This document shows, in pieces, positions 16,647 to 20,000 of a DNA stretch of 20,000 bases. The stretch comes from an uncultured virus (IMG/VR IMGVR_UViG_3300018041_000003) (lineage: Duplodnaviria; Heunggongvirae; Uroviricota; Caudoviricetes): IMG/VR virus record IMGVR_UViG_3300018041_000003; one strand, written 5' to 3'. A program made the position numbers and the translations under genes. Positions within the stretch are counted from its first letter, which is position 1; each line of letters begins with the position of its first letter. The notes beneath the pieces were generated by a model. That model worked only from the letters and a program-made list of their open reading frames with translations. It did not search any database and was not told the DNA's origin.

Positions 16647-17797
16647 AAACAGTTCCTTTAATAACAATGGACAATAGTTCCAGAAGCCTTGGAACTGTTA
16701 TTGAAAACTTCAAAGGCATTCTTAACTTTGAAGGTTATAATAATAAGATACTAGAGGATATTGAACATCTTGTAGTATTTTTTGAATATGTTGGAGACAA
16801 TGATCATACATTTAAAACATTTACTAACTTTTTTGAAACATATAAAATTCCGACCTTTCTTGTTATCGATGACTCATACGAAGGACTTACAGACTCTACA
16901 TTTCTTACGTTGGTAGAAGAGACTGTTAAAAAGAATCCTTATATTAAAGATTGGGTTATTTTAACTAATAACAAAAAGTTAAAGAGTCCGAACAAAATAT
17001 ATTTTAATGTACAATTACACTTAGACCGATATGACGGCATTGACATTAATAAACATATTGACACAGACTGGAACGGTAATAGTAATTTACGTAAGAAAAA
17101 GTTTTTATGCTTAAACAGACAAGAACGATTGCATAGGTTAATAACAACAGACTTCTTGTTAAAAAATGATATTGCTAAACATACATATCTTAGTTGTCCA
17201 TTAGGTAATTACAAATACGTCCTTGATGGAGAATTTGATCAACCTGAATATAAAAAATATTTAGATAAATCATTACAAGGCACAACCCTAAGTCAAGAGT
17301 CAATTAACCGTCTTAAAGAAAACTTACCTATTAGTTTAGACTTAGATGAAACAACATATAAATCTATGTCTAGAAATCTGCCAGACGGTAGTCAATACTA
17401 TGCTGAAAGTTATTTTAGTATTATTACAGAAGGTGACTACGATGACGACAATAGAGAAGCATTTACAGAGAAAGTATTAAAATGTTTCTTGTTCAAGCAT
17501 CCGTTTATTGTTATTGGATTGCGTAACACACTACAGCAATTACGCGACTTAGGATTCATAACTTTTAATGATGTTATTGACGAAAGATATGATGCAATGT
17601 CATTTGCTAGGCATCGGTTTGAATTAGCAACAGCAGAAATTAAGAAACTAAACAGTTATAATATTCACGAATTAAGAGACTTATATAATGAGTTACAACC
17701 TATTCTTAATTATAACAGAGAACACTATCTACGATTGTTTAATCAAAAACAACCAGTAGAGTTAATACATAGAATTAAGAAGTTCGTAAATGATTAA
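16643..17797 (+). CDS. hypothetical protein, possibly glycosyltransferase-like (384 aa)
   Basis: KKFLCLNR..R.HR and SIITE...FTEKVLK...HPFIVIG...LRDLGFITF...DERYD; the TEK segment recalls GT10-type donor-binding motifs (weak); ATGA coupling. Confidence 0.55.
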   Translation: MKTVPLITMDNSSRSLGTVIENFKGILNFEGYNNKILEDIEHLVVFFEYVGDNDHTFKTFTNFFETYKIPTFLVIDDSYEGLTDSTFLTLVEETVKKNPYIKDWVILTNNKKLKSPNKIYFNVQLHLDRYDGIDINKHIDTDWNGNSNLRKKKFLCLNRQERLHRLITTDFLLKNDIAKHTYLSCPLGNYKYVLDGEFDQPEYKKYLDKSLQGTTLSQESINRLKENLPISLDLDETTYKSMSRNLPDGSQYYAESYFSIITEGDYDDDNREAFTEKVLKCFLFKHPFIVIGLRNTLQQLRDLGFITFNDVIDERYDAMSFARHRFELATAEIKKLNSYNIHELRDLYNELQPILNYNREHYLRLFNQKQPVELIHRIKKFVND

Positions 17798-18713
17798 TAA
17801 TAAATTCTTTGTTAGGCACATTACACTGCTTTGCTACATCAATTAATTGTTTCTGTTCTTCCTTGTCAAGCAGTGCTATATCAAGATGTAAAGGATATGT
17901 TAATACGTTTATATACCAACGTACATCTTGAAAACGTCTGCAAAAGTCATTTAGTTTTTCTAAACCCATATAATTGTTTTTGTGTAACACAGTATTAAAT
18001 TCTAAATTAAAACTTTTGTCGTAAACCCAGTCAATAAACTTAACCACGTCGGCCCACTTAGTACCGCCTCTAACTTTTTCTGCAAGTTCTCCAGTGCCGT
18101 CGATGCTTAGAATAAATGTAACATCTTTGTATTGATTTAGTTCCTTAACTATATCGTCATTAGGAATAAATGTTCCATTCGTATTGTATATTACCGTTAC
18201 TTTACTTTTGTGTTTAATTTGATATAACAATCGCAGATGTCTATCTGTAATTAATGGCTCACCGCCTAAAAATAAAATCTTTTCAATTGTATCAGGAACG
18301 TTGGTTACTGCATCAATCTCCATTAACTTGTGTTTTGGTGCTCCATAAATGTTTTTTTCTTTTACAATCCAACTTGTACTAAACTCTGAATTACATCCGT
18401 CGCAAGTTAGGTTGCACAAGTTATCAAACCCAATTTCTAAAAATTTAAGTTCAACGGAATTAGTATCATATTTTTCATTAAATTCTTGGCGTAGACTTTT
18501 GTGTTGTATTGATTCTTCATAATAACATTTTTCACAACCTGGTATACGTTCGCCTGACTCGCTTTGTTGTCGAAGTTCCTTGTATGCATCAGAGTGCAAT
18601 ATGTTGTCTACATTTCCATCAAACGTATCAATAGAATGTTTAAATCGGCAACAAGGATAGACTCTATTGCCACTACGTATATTAGTGTGTTTCCAAAATG
18701 CACTACACTTCAT
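17775..18713 (-). CDS. radical SAM enzyme with N-terminal SPASM/twitch-like domain
   Basis: N-terminal C...YPCC...GCEKCY, then NLCNLTCDGC (CxxxCxxC), FLGGEPL, YNTNGT, LSIDG. Confidence 0.9.
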   Translation of the reverse strand: MKCSAFWKHTNIRSGNRVYPCCRFKHSIDTFDGNVDNILHSDAYKELRQQSESGERIPGCEKCYYEESIQHKSLRQEFNEKYDTNSVELKFLEIGFDNLCNLTCDGCNSEFSTSWIVKEKNIYGAPKHKLMEIDAVTNVPDTIEKILFLGGEPLITDRHLRLLYQIKHKSKVTVIYNTNGTFIPNDDIVKELNQYKDVTFILSIDGTGELAEKVRGGTKWADVVKFIDWVYDKSFNLEFNTVLHKNNYMGLEKLNDFCRRFQDVRWYINVLTYPLHLDIALLDKEEQKQLIDVAKQCNVPNKEFIINHLRTS

Positions 18714-19119
18714 AATATGGAATCCATTTATCGTCTAAATCTTTTTGTAAGCATTTGGTTGCTAAATCTAGAAACGGTTTATAATCTATTTTGGTTTTAT
18801 CTTCATTACGTAATGGATCAAAAACAAATATGTTGCTTCTGTTTGTAATGTCTAATTCATCTGTATGTATGTTTAAGAACACCGGTTTGTTGGTGTCTAA
18901 GACGCATTTTAAAGCGCCTACACTGCATATAACATAGTCAGCACTATCAAACATAGCCTCTAGGTCTTTCTGGTGCTTATAAGACGTTTTAACAAGGTTT
19001 ACACGTTCTTGTAACCAATTTGTAAGATGTGTTTCTAATACATTATCGTTAAGAGGCAACATCAATACATAACTAAATTTATTTTGGTTTGCATCTTTGA
19101 ATAATTTTTCAATGTTCAT
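18703..19119 (-). CDS. hypothetical protein (138 aa)
   Basis: ORF coupled to both minus-strand neighbours (ATGA overlap and 11-bp overlap). Confidence 0.75.
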   Translation of the reverse strand: MNIEKLFKDANQNKFSYVLMLPLNDNVLETHLTNWLQERVNLVKTSYKHQKDLEAMFDSADYVICSVGALKCVLDTNKPVFLNIHTDELDITNRSNIFVFDPLRNEDKTKIDYKPFLDLATKCLQKDLDDKWIPYYEV

Positions 19120-19709
19120 TTCTTAATGATTTCTAAATCAAATGTAATTATACTTAGAGGATTTTCACTTTGATTTGGCGTAGTGCTTATATCAAAATAT
19201 CCAGGAATAAAATATATTTCACCCTCGGGCATAGGCAAATATGTTTGCCAACTATTAAGTGCATTTCTATTTTCTATAGGAATACTATTGTAGTAATATT
19301 CACTAGCAGGATTATCAACAACTAATCCTCCACTCTTAGGATCACTAGTTACAAAATACATACCGGTATAAAAACTTTGGGTATTTTTCTTTTTAGTTAA
19401 ACACCCACCTGGCATAATACATTGTATCGTCGACCGTGTTATGGCAATATGCTGACCTTGTTTAATATCAAATTCTTTAAAAATAGTTTTACAGAATTCT
19501 TTAATTTCTTCACTTTCACTAATATGCTTAAATGCATTATTAGTTTGGAAGTTGTCTTTACTTTGCCAAGTGTTAATATGTTGAACATTTGTATTGTTTG
19601 ATTGCTTTTGGAAATCTTCAACCAGTCGTCCAAACATAGCCTTTACGTCAGCGTGTTTAGCAAACGTACTGTGATACATAGTGTTTACAAAAATATTCAA
19701 TTGATCCAT
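19116..19709 (-). CDS. 2OG-Fe(II) oxygenase-like protein (TIGR02466-like) lacking metal ligands; start revised to ATG 19709
   Basis: WQS, PGG, YTGMYFV..P..GGLVVDNP, PEGEIYFIPGY, TPNQSE...IITFD follow the family pattern, but the His ligands are absent. Confidence 0.7.
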   Translation of the reverse strand: MDQLNIFVNTMYHSTFAKHADVKAMFGRLVEDFQKQSNNTNVQHINTWQSKDNFQTNNAFKHISESEEIKEFCKTIFKEFDIKQGQHIAITRSTIQCIMPGGCLTKKKNTQSFYTGMYFVTSDPKSGGLVVDNPASEYYYNSIPIENRNALNSWQTYLPMPEGEIYFIPGYFDISTTPNQSENPLSIITFDLEIIKK

Positions 19710-19714
19710 ATACA

Positions 19715-19720
19715 TACTTA
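19715..19720 (-). promoter_or_regulatory. late promoter variant TAAGTA, 5 nt before the minus-strand ATG at 19709
   Basis: Minus strand reads ATAAGTA-TGTAT-ATG, the same geometry as the TAAATA sites. Confidence 0.6.
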
Positions 19721-19761
19721 TTTTACGCTCAAATACGAATAGTCTAGTCTGGCTGAAAATG

Positions 19762-19767
19762 TAAATA
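19762..19767 (+). promoter_or_regulatory. late promoter box TAAATA, 5 nt before ATG 19773
   Basis: GTAAATA-TCTAC-ATG; no SD. Confidence 0.7.
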
Positions 19768-19772
19768 TCTAC

Positions 19773-20000
19773 ATGAAAGTAGTATTAGTAACAGGTGGTT
19801 TTGATCCACTACACTCAGGGCATATTGCCTATCTTAAAGAAGCAAAAAAGTTAGGCGACAAACTTATTGTTGGTGTAAACAGTGATGCCTGGCTAACACG
19901 CAAGAAAGGCAGACCTTTTATGCCTTTTGAAGAGCGTGTTGCATTAATACGAGAAATGAAAATTGTAGATAAAGTAATCGGATTTGACGATGCAGATAAT
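19773..20000 (+). CDS. cytidylyltransferase-family nucleotidyltransferase (TagD/RfaE-like), 5' part; not in the ORF track
   Basis: Hand translation MKVVLVTGGFDPLHSGHIAYLKEAKKLGDKLIVGVNSDAWLTRKKGRPFMPFEERV... contains the HxGH motif and VGVNSD; runs off the window. Confidence 0.92.
   Translation, partial: MKVVLVTGGFDPLHSGHIAYLKEAKKLGDKLIVGVNSDAWLTRKKGRPFMPFEERVALIREMKIVDKVIGFDDADN

Noticed and set aside
12756..19633. Shadow ORFs 12756-12974, 13066-13323, 13662-14054, 14616-14801, 14794-15036, 18564-18848, 19439-19633
   Set aside because: They overlap motif-bearing enzyme genes and have no independent support
1..20000. CRISPR array, tRNA/rRNA genes or stop-codon reassignment
   Set aside because: No repeat-spacer array or room for structured RNA genes seen; TAA, TAG and TGA all end full-length genes under the standard code

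Overview
AT-rich, densely coded segment of a large T4-like (myovirus-type) dsDNA bacteriophage genome in the standard genetic code. All family assignments come from motif recognition by eye, not database searches. The left half (1-10173, + strand) holds core genes: a gp4-like head-completion nuclease, a probable terminase small subunit, two acidic probable head proteins, the terminase large subunit, a 923-aa modular acidic protein, then gp32-like SSB, UvsX, a small acidic ORF and UvsY. The right half (10160-20000) is a roughly 10-kb accessory enzyme island. It encodes a methyltransferase resembling plant DUF579/GXM glucuronoxylan methyltransferases, two DxD glycosyltransferase-like proteins, an FkbM methyltransferase, two Fe(II)/2OG-type oxygenases, a PLP enzyme next to an amidinotransferase, two radical SAM enzymes, a GT-like protein, an apparently metal-ligand-less 2OG-oxygenase homologue and a cytidylyltransferase truncated by the window edge. 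A T4-late-like TAA(A/G)TA box lies 5-6 nt upstream of the ATG of five genes with no clear SD, suggesting leaderless late mRNAs. Two C-UNCG-G terminators and a sigma70-type promoter before the SSB are also visible.
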